A DNA stretch of 36,943 nucleotides from Opitutaceae bacterium (GCA_023269455.1 JAHFTG010000001.1:1-36943); one strand, 5' to 3'; numbered from the stretch's first letter, positions 17,498-27,082 are shown. Numbers and translations: made by a program. Notes: generated from the sequence alone by a model not told the origin.

Positions 17498-18660
17498 TCC
17501 CCGTGATCCTAGGCAGAAAAATCCGCGTGCTGGTCGTCGATGATTCCGCCTTCGTGCGGAAAGTGGTGACCGATGCGCTTGCGCTGGACCCGCAGATCGA
17601 AGTCGTGGGCACCGCGACCGATCCGTTTGCCGCGAGGGAAAAAATCCTCGCGCTCAAGCCCGACGTGCTGACGCTCGACATCGAGATGCCCCACATGGAC
17701 GGTCTCACCTACCTGCAGGAAATCATGCAGACGCGGCCCATGCCGGTGATCATCATGAGCTCGCTTTCAAAGGCGGGCTCGCACCAGGCGCTCGAGGCGC
17801 TGCGTCTGGGCGCGGTTGACGTGATAGGCAAACCCGGCGGCGCATACTCCTTCGGGGATCTTGGCCCGCAGTTGTGCGAAAAAATCAAGGCCGCCTCCGT
17901 CGCCCGCGTGGACCCGCGCAAAAATCCGCCATACACGGAACGCATCCAGCAAGGCGCCCCTGCGCCCGTTGCGCCCGCGCCGACACGGCACCCGACCCCG
18001 GTGGTATCGGTCTCCACCCCGGTGTTGCACGAAATGGCTCCCATCCGTCGCCACCATCCCAGACGCGTCATCCTCCTCGGGGCATCCACCGGCGGCACGG
18101 AGGCTCTGCGCGCCGTGCTCACCCGCTTGCCGGGCGACCTTCCAGGCATCGCCATCGTGCAGCATATTCCCGCCATATTCTCCAAGGCTTTTGCCGACCG
18201 GCTCAATGCGTTGTGCGCCTGCGAAGTCCGTGAGGCGGTGGACGGTGATCGACTGGTGCCGGGCCTCGCCCTGATCGCGCCGGGAAACTACCACCTACTC
18301 CTGCAATGGGATGGGGACGGTTATCGCGCCCGTCTGAACGCCGGGCCGCAAGTTTGGCACCAACGGCCGGCCGTGGATCTCCTTTTTCGTTCCGCGGCGG
18401 AATGTGCCGGCGCCTACGCCATCGCCGGCGTGCTCACCGGCATGGGCAAAGATGGCGGCGAGGGATTGCTGCGCCTGCGCGAAAAAGGGGCGGCAACATT
18501 TTCCCAGGACGAGGATAGCAGCATCGTTTACGGCATGCCGCGCGTCGCCTGGGAGTTGGGCGGATCACAACAGCAGGTTTCCCTCAATAAAATCGCCGCC
18601 CACCTGACCTTACTCGCGGACACGCCGGCCACACCTTCATTCGCGGCACCGCGTCTCTGA
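17494..18660 (+). CDS. cheB: Chemotaxis response regulator methylesterase CheB
   Basis: REC domain (VLVVDDS...LTLDIEMPHMDG), Pro-rich linker, esterase domain GASTGG / QHIP / LTGMGKDG. Start placed at GTG 17494, overlapping the cheR stop (GTGA). Confidence 0.97.
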   Translation: MIPVILGRKIRVLVVDDSAFVRKVVTDALALDPQIEVVGTATDPFAAREKILALKPDVLTLDIEMPHMDGLTYLQEIMQTRPMPVIIMSSLSKAGSHQALEALRLGAVDVIGKPGGAYSFGDLGPQLCEKIKAASVARVDPRKNPPYTERIQQGAPAPVAPAPTRHPTPVVSVSTPVLHEMAPIRRHHPRRVILLGASTGGTEALRAVLTRLPGDLPGIAIVQHIPAIFSKAFADRLNALCACEVREAVDGDRLVPGLALIAPGNYHLLLQWDGDGYRARLNAGPQVWHQRPAVDLLFRSAAECAGAYAIAGVLTGMGKDGGEGLLRLREKGAATFSQDEDSSIVYGMPRVAWELGGSQQQVSLNKIAAHLTLLADTPATPSFAAPRL

Positions 18661-18717
18661 CAGGCGCCCTTCCCGTGCGCCTCATGCGAATTTCACCAGC
18701 ATCCGGCATCTTTCGCG

Positions 18718-18744
18718 TATAGTTGCGCCCGTGTGTGCCGATAT
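18718..18744 (+). promoter_or_regulatory. sigma28-type promoter upstream of the REC-HD-GYP gene
   Basis: TATAGTTG-N11-GCCGATAT. Confidence 0.75.
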
Positions 18745-18796
18745 TCAGTCCCTGAAACTCGACCTGCGCCTGCAAGCGCGGCCAGGGTCTCCCATC

Positions 18797-20071
18797 ATGA
18801 ACAACTCATCCAAACCCGCCCCGCCTCCGAGCATTCTCGCGGTAGATGATGAGCCCATGGTGTTGAACGCCCTCAAGGAAGTGCTCGAACGCGAAGGCTA
18901 CAGCGTGACCGTCTCGTCCAGCCCGCTCAAAGCCCTGGAAATCCTTCGCAAAACCAGTTTCGACGTCATCATCTCCGACCAGAGAATGCCCGACATGCTC
19001 GGACTCGATTTCCTGATCGAGTCGAAAAAAATTCGTCCACTCGCATCGCGGATCCTGATCACCGCAGTGCTTTCCCTGCCCACCATCGTAGAGGCGATCA
19101 ACCAAGGTGAAATTTTCCGTTTTGTGGCCAAACCGTGGTTGCGTGAGGAACTCACCACCACCGTCAAGAACGCTATCCACCGGTATCATCTTGTCAGCGA
19201 AAACGAGCTCTTGGCCGCGCAAATGCAGGAGCTGAACGCACGCCTCACCGTGGCCAACAGCACCCTCGCTGCCCAGGTCAAAAACCTGGAGGTGCAAAAA
19301 GCCGCGCTCGATCAGGCCAACCACGATCTTTCCAACAACTACGCGCACTCACTGGACCTCTGCCGTCGCATTCTCAGCACCTACGATCCCTACCTCGGCG
19401 ACCAGACCAAGGCCATGGTCGAGATCGCGCACCGCATGGCTGAAACTCAACACTTCACCGAGACTGAGCGCCACGCGCTGCGCGCGGGTTCGTGGCTGTG
19501 CGACCTCGGACTCATCGGCATCCCTAGGGAGGCGTTGCGCGCCTTCCGCAACAACCCGGCCAAGCTTTCTGAAAGCGAACGTCAAAACATCCAAAGCCAC
19601 CCCATCTACAGTCAGACGCTCGCCTCCTACGTCGACGAGAGTCCCGCCGTGGCCGAAACCATCCGCGCCCACCACGAGCGATTTGATGGCGAAGGTTATC
19701 CTGACGGGTTGAGTGCCCTCTCAATCCCTTGGACCGCCCGTTGCCTCGCCGTCGCAGTGCGGTTTGTGGAAAGCGGACTGCCCAAGGAGCAGGCCATTGA
19801 AGACATTCTGGCCGAATCAGGCAAAGCACTCGATCCTGAGGCCGTCCGCCTCTTCCTCAAGGTCACTCACCTGCTCCAGCTCCCGCGCCAGGTTAAGGAA
19901 ATACTGCTGGATGAACTCCAGCCTGGTATGGTGCTCGCCAATGGACTCTACAGTCCGCACGGCCTGCTCCTCGTCGGCGAAGGCCAGACGCTCAGCGCGA
20001 GCACGATCGCGAAGATTTTGAATCACAATCTCATCAGTCCCATAAACCAGCAGTTGCTGGTTTATTCGTGA
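18797..20071 (+). CDS. Response regulator with degenerate HD-GYP domain (REC - coiled coil - HD-GYP*)
   Basis: REC (ILAVDDE...IISDQRMPDMLG...AKPW), coiled coil, HHERFDGEGYPDGL. The HD dyad reads LCDLG. Start moved to ATG 18797. Confidence 0.88.
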   Translation: MNNSSKPAPPPSILAVDDEPMVLNALKEVLEREGYSVTVSSSPLKALEILRKTSFDVIISDQRMPDMLGLDFLIESKKIRPLASRILITAVLSLPTIVEAINQGEIFRFVAKPWLREELTTTVKNAIHRYHLVSENELLAAQMQELNARLTVANSTLAAQVKNLEVQKAALDQANHDLSNNYAHSLDLCRRILSTYDPYLGDQTKAMVEIAHRMAETQHFTETERHALRAGSWLCDLGLIGIPREALRAFRNNPAKLSESERQNIQSHPIYSQTLASYVDESPAVAETIRAHHERFDGEGYPDGLSALSIPWTARCLAVAVRFVESGLPKEQAIEDILAESGKALDPEAVRLFLKVTHLLQLPRQVKEILLDELQPGMVLANGLYSPHGLLLVGEGQTLSASTIAKILNHNLISPINQQLLVYS

Positions 20072-20135
20072 TCCTCCGGCCTCCCGTTTTTCGAATTATG
20101 CCTAAGGGCTGGTCGTAAAGCCCGCCCATCACTTC

Positions 20136-20657
20136 ATGGCCGGTTTCCCCACCCCCTCATCACTCTTCGTCCAACGCGTCGTCATCGGCGTCGGCGACCT
20201 GGCTGTGTCTAACAACAGCCAAGTGACGTTGAGCACCTACGCCCTGGGTTCCTGCGTGGCCGTCATCGCCTACGACCCGACGACCCGCGCCGGCGGCATC
20301 CTCCACCTCATGCTCCCGGACTCATCGCTGTCGCCCGACAAGGCCGCCAAGCAACCGGCGATGTTTGCCGACACGGGAGTTCCCTTGTTCTTGCGAGCCC
20401 TCGCGGGCGTAAAGGCGGAGTCCTCGCGCCTGCGCATCTTTCTTGCCGGCGGCGCGTGCGTGCTCAGCGGTCCGGACACTTTCAAAATTGGCGAGAGGAA
20501 CGCTGCATCCGTAAAAACGCGCCTTTCGGCCGCCGGCCTGCGTATCACCGGTGACGACCTTGGAGGCACCGTCAACCGGACCGTCCACCTCGATCTCTCA
20601 AACGCGAGACTCTCGCTGAAGATGCCTAATCGCACCGACCAATATTCGCTGGCCTGA
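20136..20657 (+). CDS. cheD: Chemoreceptor glutamine deamidase CheD
   Basis: TYALGSCVAV...GGILHLMLP (catalytic Cys/His), FADTG, IGERN, DDLGG. Confidence 0.96.
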   Translation: MAGFPTPSSLFVQRVVIGVGDLAVSNNSQVTLSTYALGSCVAVIAYDPTTRAGGILHLMLPDSSLSPDKAAKQPAMFADTGVPLFLRALAGVKAESSRLRIFLAGGACVLSGPDTFKIGERNAASVKTRLSAAGLRITGDDLGGTVNRTVHLDLSNARLSLKMPNRTDQYSLA

Positions 20658-20773
20658 AAATCTCGGATGGGTCGTGTAAGGCCGTTATCCCTGCGCTTCG
20701 GCGGCCTGCACAAGCAACGTCATCTCCCTGTAATTTTCTCTGAGGAAAAATCCCTTCAGGTATTTACATGCCA

Positions 20774-20804
20774 AAAAGGCCTGGCGTTAAACGTCCGGCC
20801 TTTT
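20774..20804. terminator. Probable bidirectional intrinsic terminator between convergent cheD and MCP
   Basis: AAAAGGCC-TGGCGTTAAACGTCC-GGCCTTTT hairpin with A and T tails. Confidence 0.65.
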
Positions 20805-20835
20805 GTCAAAAAAACACACTGACCTAAAGGGAAAA

Positions 20836-22332
20836 CTAGGCTGCCACCGCATGGTGGGCGGCTGTCATCCCGCCCTCGGCGAGATCGGACGCGGCACCGT
20901 CGCTGCGACCGCCACGCGCCAGATGCGTGAAGGAAGCCGCCACGCCGCGCAGTCGGTCTGTCTGGCCGGAAAGCTCGGCCGCCGCCGCCGATGTTTCCTC
21001 GGCGAGCACGGCGTTGTTCTGGGTGAGCCGGTCGAGATCGCTGATGGACTTCGAAACCTGAAGGATTCCCTCGTTCTGTTCCTGCGAGGCGACGGCCGTC
21101 TGGGCGATCAACTCGTCAACTTCGCGCACACGCTCGGCGATTTCACCAAGATGGGCGGCCACCCTGCCGCTCAGATTCGTGCCTTCCGCACTGCTCCGGG
21201 TCGCATGTTCGATCTTGGAGGCGGTCTCGCGGGCCGCCTCTGCGCTGCGGGCCGCCAGGGCTCGCACTTCGTCCGCCACCACCGCGAAGCCCATGCCCGC
21301 CTCCCCGGCGCGGGCCGCCTCTACGGCGGCGTTAAGCGCAAGAATGTTGGTCTGAAAAGCGATCTGATCGATGGTCTTGATGATCACCGCAATGTCGGTG
21401 GAGGACTTCTGAATCGTGTCCATCGCCGTGCGAAGCTCGTTCATGCCGGCGGTGCCGGCGTCGGCGGCCTGGCGCGCACGGGAGGCGAGTGCTTTGGCAT
21501 CGCGGGCGCGATCCGCGTTGGCGCGAGTGACGCCGGACATTTCCTCGAGCGCGGCCGCGCTGGTTTTCAGCGCGGCGGCCGACTGCGAGGCTCCGGCGGC
21601 AAGACCTTGGCTCGTCTGGCCAAACTGGACGGCGGCAGCGCTCACTCCGTCCGCCTCCTCGGTCAAATCACCCGAGAGCGAAAGCACCGGACGGATTACT
21701 CCGCGGCTCACGACAAGCCAGGCCGATACTCCTCCGACAAGCATCACAAATCCAAAAAAAATGAAGCCGTATGTGCGCTGCTGATGCGAGACGCTCCCGA
21801 TTTCAGTGAGGGTGCCGCGCAGGTTATCGGCCAGGCCGACTTGCACTGCGGCGATCATGTCATGCGTTTCTTTGGCGGACGCACGAAAGGCGTCCATCTG
21901 GGTTTTTACGGCCGCGTTGGCCATGCCATGACTGGCGGCCGCCTTGAAAAGAAGCTCCGCATCGCGATGATAGGTCGCGACACGAAGCTTGGCGGCCGCA
22001 GGATCGAGCTTGCCGTTGCCGCCATCCTGCCGTGCGCCAATCCCCTCAAGCAGATGATCCACTTCATCAAGCTTGGCGTTCATGGCAGGCAGGATATCCG
22101 CATCACCCGTGAGCACCGCATCCTCGAACATCTTGGTCGCGTTTTCGTAGGCGAAAAGCGCCGTCTGCCCATCGAGCGCCAGCGGCACGGAGACGGAGGA
22201 GAGCTGCTCCAGCCTTTTTTCATCCCGCGTGCCCCGATAGGCATCCAACCCCATCGAAAGCGTGAACCCGGCCGCGATGATCGATACGCTGAACGCTATT
22301 TTTACGCCTAGACTGAATTGACGCTTCTTCAT
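20836..22332 (-). CDS. Methyl-accepting chemotaxis protein (2 TM, periplasmic helical sensor, no obvious HAMP)
   Basis: [40 protein letters not shown]; two hydrophobic helices flank a periplasmic region. Confidence 0.95.
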   Translation of the reverse strand: MKKRQFSLGVKIAFSVSIIAAGFTLSMGLDAYRGTRDEKRLEQLSSVSVPLALDGQTALFAYENATKMFEDAVLTGDADILPAMNAKLDEVDHLLEGIGARQDGGNGKLDPAAAKLRVATYHRDAELLFKAAASHGMANAAVKTQMDAFRASAKETHDMIAAVQVGLADNLRGTLTEIGSVSHQQRTYGFIFFGFVMLVGGVSAWLVVSRGVIRPVLSLSGDLTEEADGVSAAAVQFGQTSQGLAAGASQSAAALKTSAAALEEMSGVTRANADRARDAKALASRARQAADAGTAGMNELRTAMDTIQKSSTDIAVIIKTIDQIAFQTNILALNAAVEAARAGEAGMGFAVVADEVRALAARSAEAARETASKIEHATRSSAEGTNLSGRVAAHLGEIAERVREVDELIAQTAVASQEQNEGILQVSKSISDLDRLTQNNAVLAEETSAAAAELSGQTDRLRGVAASFTHLARGGRSDGAASDLAEGGMTAAHHAVAA

Positions 22333-22367
22333 GATGAGGGTGGAGGCCGCTTACGAGTTACCTGGGG

Positions 22368-22784
22368 TTATTTTACGGTGAGCACCTTGACTGCACCGGT
22401 GACTGATGCGGCGGAAACGTAGCCGATGGCCCCCTGGGTCTTCGCCACGTAGGCGATGAGATCGACGTCGCTGGCCGCCTGCACGGGCATCATGCCCTTG
22501 CCGGAGAAGACCATTTTCTTCCAATACTTGTCGAACTGGTCGGCCGAGCGCTGGACGAAGTCGTGCATGATTTTCTCATGCGCTTCTCCCTGGGTAAGGA
22601 CGGCGAGCTTGATGAGACCGCCACCGTCCCACTTGGTTTTGTTGCCGAGTAGGATCGCCTTGGCGGCCTCGGCAGAAATCGAGGCGTCGGCCCCGGCCGG
22701 ATTGACGATGAACACAGCGTCATCGGCGCGGACCAAACCGGCGAATGACAGCAGGACCGTGAGCAATAGAGTTATGCGCAACAT
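22368..22784 (-). CDS. Small exported protein, PstS/type-II periplasmic-binding-protein-like single lobe
   Basis: Signal peptide, FIVNP, ILLGNKTKW..G, KYWKKMVFSGKG..P, YVAKTQGAIGYV. This family is often annotated as phosphate ABC substrate-binding-like. Confidence 0.75.
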   Translation of the reverse strand: MLRITLLLTVLLSFAGLVRADDAVFIVNPAGADASISAEAAKAILLGNKTKWDGGGLIKLAVLTQGEAHEKIMHDFVQRSADQFDKYWKKMVFSGKGMMPVQAASDVDLIAYVAKTQGAIGYVSAASVTGAVKVLTVK

Positions 22785-22824
22785 GACTTGAGTAGGTATA
22801 TTGAAGTTGTGGATTGCGCGCGGC

Positions 22825-23940
22825 TCAGAAGCTCAACGTCGTTTTCACAACGAAGTAGTTCCATCTCTTGTCGGTGGCTCCGATGTTGGTATCGCCAGCC
22901 AAGCCCAGATTATTGATGCCTTCCATTGCATGGATCTCAGCTTTGACCAGCCACCAGGGCTGCAGCGCATAGCTAGCGGCAACGGCGATATCGTTATCGA
23001 CGCCCTTGCCCTCAAAAAAACTGCGACCGTAATAAGTGCCAAAACCGAGTTTGTCGGTCGCCTGATAGGTCAGCTGCGCATACCACTCGTCTTCGGAAGT
23101 AACGCTGGAGCTGGAAAACAAGGGAATGAAAGACCGATTTCGGATCCTCTTGAATTCGGTCGTGGCGACCCACTTTCCTCGGGAATACTCTGCCGACACC
23201 ACCTGAACATTATAATCGATATCGAGCGGCACCCCGATGACCGCTGCGATTTTGGGCAGCTCCTGATACGTGTAACCAAGCCGCAGACCGTCGACCGGGG
23301 TGTTCCACACCAACGAACCGCCATAAGTACTCTTGGGGTCTATCTTGGTCGCGCCGACGCCTTTCATGAGGGGCAGATTGCGGTCAAGCGGGTTAACCAC
23401 GCCGCAATACAACTGGTAATCAAGGTTGCCGGCCTGCTTCAGGCCGACGTTGCCATAAACGGCAATACCATCATCCGAGGCGCTGATCGGTCGAAAGGTG
23501 CGGGTGTAGAAATTGAGAGGAAGCGACGCAAACGTGCGCACTTGGTCCAGATCCTGGACGTCGTTATAGAAACCAGCAGGCAGTTTGTTGCGCCCCACGC
23601 GCACGCCGAATTCCTGTCTGAACGAGTAGTCGAGATTGGCAAAATCCAAGATGAGCGCCTGATATCCGTCCAGTTCGTAGGCGTAGAGCTGTGCGCTCGT
23701 GCGCAGGCCGTTCTCAAAACGATAGGTGCCGTTTACGATCAGCTCCTTTTGGATCACATCGACCTTTTTGTCGGTGGAACCGTAGTAGTTGTATTTGTCG
23801 GAATAGGCGGCGGTGCCGCTCAGAGAGCCGTGGATCGCCACGCCTCCCATATCAACGGCCGCGAGTTTCGCCGCAGGAGCGGCCAGGAGGCATGCGATTA
23901 GCAAAGGACGCAAAGACAGGGTATGTTTTGTAGAATGCAT
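22825..23940 (-). CDS. Outer-membrane porin-like beta-barrel protein
   Basis: Signal peptide, alternating aromatic strands, LDFANLDY...VRVGRNKLPAGFYN, C-terminal KTTLSF (terminal Phe). Confidence 0.8.
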   Translation of the reverse strand: MHSTKHTLSLRPLLIACLLAAPAAKLAAVDMGGVAIHGSLSGTAAYSDKYNYYGSTDKKVDVIQKELIVNGTYRFENGLRTSAQLYAYELDGYQALILDFANLDYSFRQEFGVRVGRNKLPAGFYNDVQDLDQVRTFASLPLNFYTRTFRPISASDDGIAVYGNVGLKQAGNLDYQLYCGVVNPLDRNLPLMKGVGATKIDPKSTYGGSLVWNTPVDGLRLGYTYQELPKIAAVIGVPLDIDYNVQVVSAEYSRGKWVATTEFKRIRNRSFIPLFSSSSVTSEDEWYAQLTYQATDKLGFGTYYGRSFFEGKGVDNDIAVAASYALQPWWLVKAEIHAMEGINNLGLAGDTNIGATDKRWNYFVVKTTLSF

Positions 23941-23965
23941 GGAGTTTGGAATGGTGTCCGTGTTT

Positions 23966-23992
23966 ATTTCGACCCGCAGGGAGGGAACTTGA
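23966..23992 (-). promoter_or_regulatory. sigma28-type promoter upstream of the porin-PBP-MCP cassette
   Basis: Minus strand reads TCAAGTTC-N11-GTCGAAAT, 25 nt before the porin ATG. Confidence 0.65.
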
Positions 23993-24051
23993 GAAATTCT
24001 CAGAAAACTTCCGTCAGAAGTTTTACCAAACGGGCGAAAGCGTGCAGAGCC

Positions 24052-24924
24052 TCAGAACGACAGCGTCCCATCCTTGAGCTTCTCGGGGAGCATGCGCTCA
24101 GCGCGCGCCAACACCTCGGGCATGGCGGCCTCAAGCCGCTCCACCGTAAAGCCAGCCTTCAAAAGCTGAACGGAATTTAACTCAAAAAGAAACCCGTCCT
24201 CGGCCACGCCCGCGCCGATTGACACGGCGATAAATTTCGCCGCATGAACGTGGACCAACAGCGGCATGAATTCGGCCGATGCCGATTCAACCGGCGAATT
24301 ATAACTGGCCACGGCGACCAGGTTCTCAGGGAAATTCCAACGCTTGAGCAGCTCCGCGCCCACGGTTGCGTAGGTGTAGCCTAGGACGGCCTGTTCGGCG
24401 GCGATCCAGGCGATGTTATCCTCACGCTGGCGCATGCGAATCGCATCGAAGTGCGCCGCGCAGGAATAGGCCAGCGCCAGCTTCCCGATATCGCCCACCA
24501 GTCCGGCCGTGTAAGCCGTGGAGGGATCCACCTGACCCGATTCTTTCGCGAGATATTCGGCTGCCAATCCCGTGATCAAGGAACACCGGAAAAAATCGCC
24601 CGATTCCCACCGGTAGCCGTTTACAGGAGTGTTCATCCAACGGCCCGTCAACGCCAGCGCCGCCAAACGGTAGATCTCACGCTGGCCCAGACGCTGGATC
24701 GCTTCCTCCAAATTGTCGACGCTGCTATGTCCCGCGGCAAAATAGGCGGAGTTCGCGAGGCGAAGTGTCGCCGCCGCCAGCGCAGGATCGAGCTTTATGA
24801 CCGCCTCCAGCTCATGGACTGCGACATCCTCACGAGAAAGCACCGTGATCATGCGCGGCAATAATACCGGGGAGCACGGCAGGCCGAGAGCCTTGGTGCA
24901 AACTTGGTCAAGCGAAGGTATCAT
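24052..24924 (-). CDS. HDOD domain protein
   Basis: LPCSPVLL, IKLDPALAAATLRLANSAYF, EAIQRLG, AYTAGLVGDIGKL, LLKRWNFP. Start placed at ATG 24924, 4 nt after the cheA stop. Confidence 0.9.
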   Translation of the reverse strand: MIPSLDQVCTKALGLPCSPVLLPRMITVLSREDVAVHELEAVIKLDPALAAATLRLANSAYFAAGHSSVDNLEEAIQRLGQREIYRLAALALTGRWMNTPVNGYRWESGDFFRCSLITGLAAEYLAKESGQVDPSTAYTAGLVGDIGKLALAYSCAAHFDAIRMRQREDNIAWIAAEQAVLGYTYATVGAELLKRWNFPENLVAVASYNSPVESASAEFMPLLVHVHAAKFIAVSIGAGVAEDGFLFELNSVQLLKAGFTVERLEAAMPEVLARAERMLPEKLKDGTLSF

Positions 24925-24928
24925 GATG

Positions 24929-27055
24929 TCAGGCCGCGAAAAGAGAGCTGGTGTCCAGGATGAGCGCGATGTGGCCATCCCCAAGAATGGCCCCGCCGGC
25001 GATGCCGGGAAGATTGGCGAGGAAACCGCCGAGATTTTTGATCACGACCTCCTGCTTGCTCACCATTTCGTCCACCATGAGCGCGACCAACCGGTCGCCA
25101 TATTCGACGATGACGATGATGCCTTCACATGGATTTTCGATGGCGCCGGGGATGTTGAATTTACGGTGCAAGCGGTGGATCGGCACGATGCGTCCGCGAT
25201 GATCCAGAACCTCGCCCCGGCCCTGCACGATCGTGAGGGCCTCTCGCGCGGGGCGCAGCGCCACCTGCACGCTCGTGGTCGGCAGGATGAAACGATCCTG
25301 CGCTACGCGCACCACGAGACCGTCGATAATGGCCATGGTCAGCGGCAGTTTGATGCGGAAGACCGTGCCTTTGCCCACCTCGGTCTCGATCTCGACCTTG
25401 CCACGGAGCTTTTCGATGTTGCGCCGCACGACGTCCATGCCGACGCCGCGGCCAGACACAGCCGTGACTTTTGCGGCGGTGGAAAAACCCGGGGCAAAGA
25501 TGAGCTGCAAAATCTCGTCGCGTGAAATCACGGCGTCGGCCGCAACCATGCCTTTTTCAACGGCTTTCTGAAGGATGCGCACGTGATCGATACCGCGCCC
25601 GTCATCCCTGAGTTCGATGATGATGTGCGAGCCCTGATGATAGGCTTTCAACGAGAGCTCGCCGATCTCTGGCTTGCCGGCCGCCACGCGGACCTCGGGC
25701 AGCTCCAAGCCATGATCGAGAGAGTTGCGCACCATGTGCACGAGCGGATCGGAAATCTCCTCGGCCACGGTGCGATCCACCTCGGTATCGTCGCCTATGG
25801 TTGAGAAATTGACCTTCTTGCCGAAGTCGCGCGAAAGGTCGCGGGCGAGACGCTCCATTTTTTGGAACGTGGGCTTGATCGGCATCAGCCGGAGCGACAT
25901 CGCGCTGTGCTGAAGTTCCTTCGTGATGCGGCCGAGCTGCGCGATGTTGCGGGCCAGCGGTGTGTTCGCATCGCCCAGAACACGTCCGGACTCGCTGATC
26001 TGGCTCTGCACGATCACGAGTTCGCCCACGACATTCATGAGCGAATCGAGCTTCTCCGTATTGACGCGCACGGTGCTGGACGAACCCGCGCCCTTCGCCT
26101 CGCCCGTCGAAGCAGCGGCGTGAACCGGAGCCGCGGGCACAACTGCACCCGCAACGGCGGATGCGGGGACTGCGACCGGCGCACTTTTTTCGGGTGCGGG
26201 CGCGAGAGGAACAGGCGTTGAGGCGGGCTCGGGTGTCTTTTCCGGATTGGCCGCCAACGCCTTCACCTTTCGCATGAGATGACCAACCGGCACGACGGTT
26301 GACGGCAGCTTGCCCTGTTCGAGCGCGACCGTGATCTGAGCCACCATGGTCTGCACAGCGTCGCGGCTTTCCAGAATCGCGGTGATGATGGTCGGGTTGA
26401 GCCGCAGCTTTCCGGTGCGGGCCAGATCGAGCAGCGACTCCACCTCATGGGTGAGCGTGTGCATCGGCGTGAGCTGCAGGAAACCGGAAACACCCTTGAT
26501 CGTATGGAAAGAGCGAAAAATCTGATTCAGGGCGTCACGGTCGTCAGGTTTGTCGTCGAGGATGAGCAACGACGATTCGATCTGTGAAAGATGATCGATC
26601 GCCTCGGCGTGAAATTCCGCGAGGAGCTCGGCATTCTCCTTGAGATTCAGATCGAGCAAACACTCGACGATCACAGGCCCATCCTGCTCGGCGGGAAGTG
26701 CCATCGACACGGCGGCGGGCTTGGATTCAGCGATATGTGACCATACCGGCAGCGGGCGGTTTTGTTGCACCGCCAGCAAGGCCGGCCCCAGCCAGCTCAC
26801 TAGCCGGCGCAACCCATTCAGCGACTCCTCGTCAAACGGCCTCGCCGTATCGAGCAACCCATCCAGTTTCTTCCTCAGTTCGACGATCGGCTCGTGAAGC
26901 GAGGCATCCGCGAGGGTCGCATCCGCCATGTCGGACAGCAGGCTGTAGGCGGGGATGAGTCCCTCGTCTCCGCCCGTCTGAGCAAGGATGGATTCGCTGG
27001 CGAGACGGTTGAACGCCTCTTCCAGCATTTGGTGGCTTTCGGTAGAAATAGACAT
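24929..27055 (-). CDS. cheA: Chemotaxis histidine kinase CheA
   Basis: Hpt IFRSFHTIKG, P3 VRVNTEKLDSLMNVVGELVI, HATPase HMVRNSLDHG / DDGRG / GFSTA...SGRGVGMDVV, C-terminal CheW-like P5. Confidence 0.98.
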   Translation of the reverse strand: MSISTESHQMLEEAFNRLASESILAQTGGDEGLIPAYSLLSDMADATLADASLHEPIVELRKKLDGLLDTARPFDEESLNGLRRLVSWLGPALLAVQQNRPLPVWSHIAESKPAAVSMALPAEQDGPVIVECLLDLNLKENAELLAEFHAEAIDHLSQIESSLLILDDKPDDRDALNQIFRSFHTIKGVSGFLQLTPMHTLTHEVESLLDLARTGKLRLNPTIITAILESRDAVQTMVAQITVALEQGKLPSTVVPVGHLMRKVKALAANPEKTPEPASTPVPLAPAPEKSAPVAVPASAVAGAVVPAAPVHAAASTGEAKGAGSSSTVRVNTEKLDSLMNVVGELVIVQSQISESGRVLGDANTPLARNIAQLGRITKELQHSAMSLRLMPIKPTFQKMERLARDLSRDFGKKVNFSTIGDDTEVDRTVAEEISDPLVHMVRNSLDHGLELPEVRVAAGKPEIGELSLKAYHQGSHIIIELRDDGRGIDHVRILQKAVEKGMVAADAVISRDEILQLIFAPGFSTAAKVTAVSGRGVGMDVVRRNIEKLRGKVEIETEVGKGTVFRIKLPLTMAIIDGLVVRVAQDRFILPTTSVQVALRPAREALTIVQGRGEVLDHRGRIVPIHRLHRKFNIPGAIENPCEGIIVIVEYGDRLVALMVDEMVSKQEVVIKNLGGFLANLPGIAGGAILGDGHIALILDTSSLFAA

Positions 27056-27082
27056 GGGGCCGGTAAACGGGTGGAGCTCACT

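Noticed and set aside
20091-20119. Possible sigma28 promoter before cheD (GTCGTAAA)
   Set aside because: No acceptable -35 at the right spacing; cheD can be read from the upstream promoter.
20805-20823. GTCAAAAAAACACACTGAC resembling a FleQ box
   Set aside because: Half-site spacing is too long, and it lies between convergent gene ends, not in a promoter.
20803-23901. Long plus-strand ORFs (502 aa at 20803-22311 and 366 aa at 22801-23901) antisense to the MCP and porin genes
   Set aside because: Shadow ORFs expected in GC-rich genes; no motifs, and their limits mirror the real minus-strand genes.
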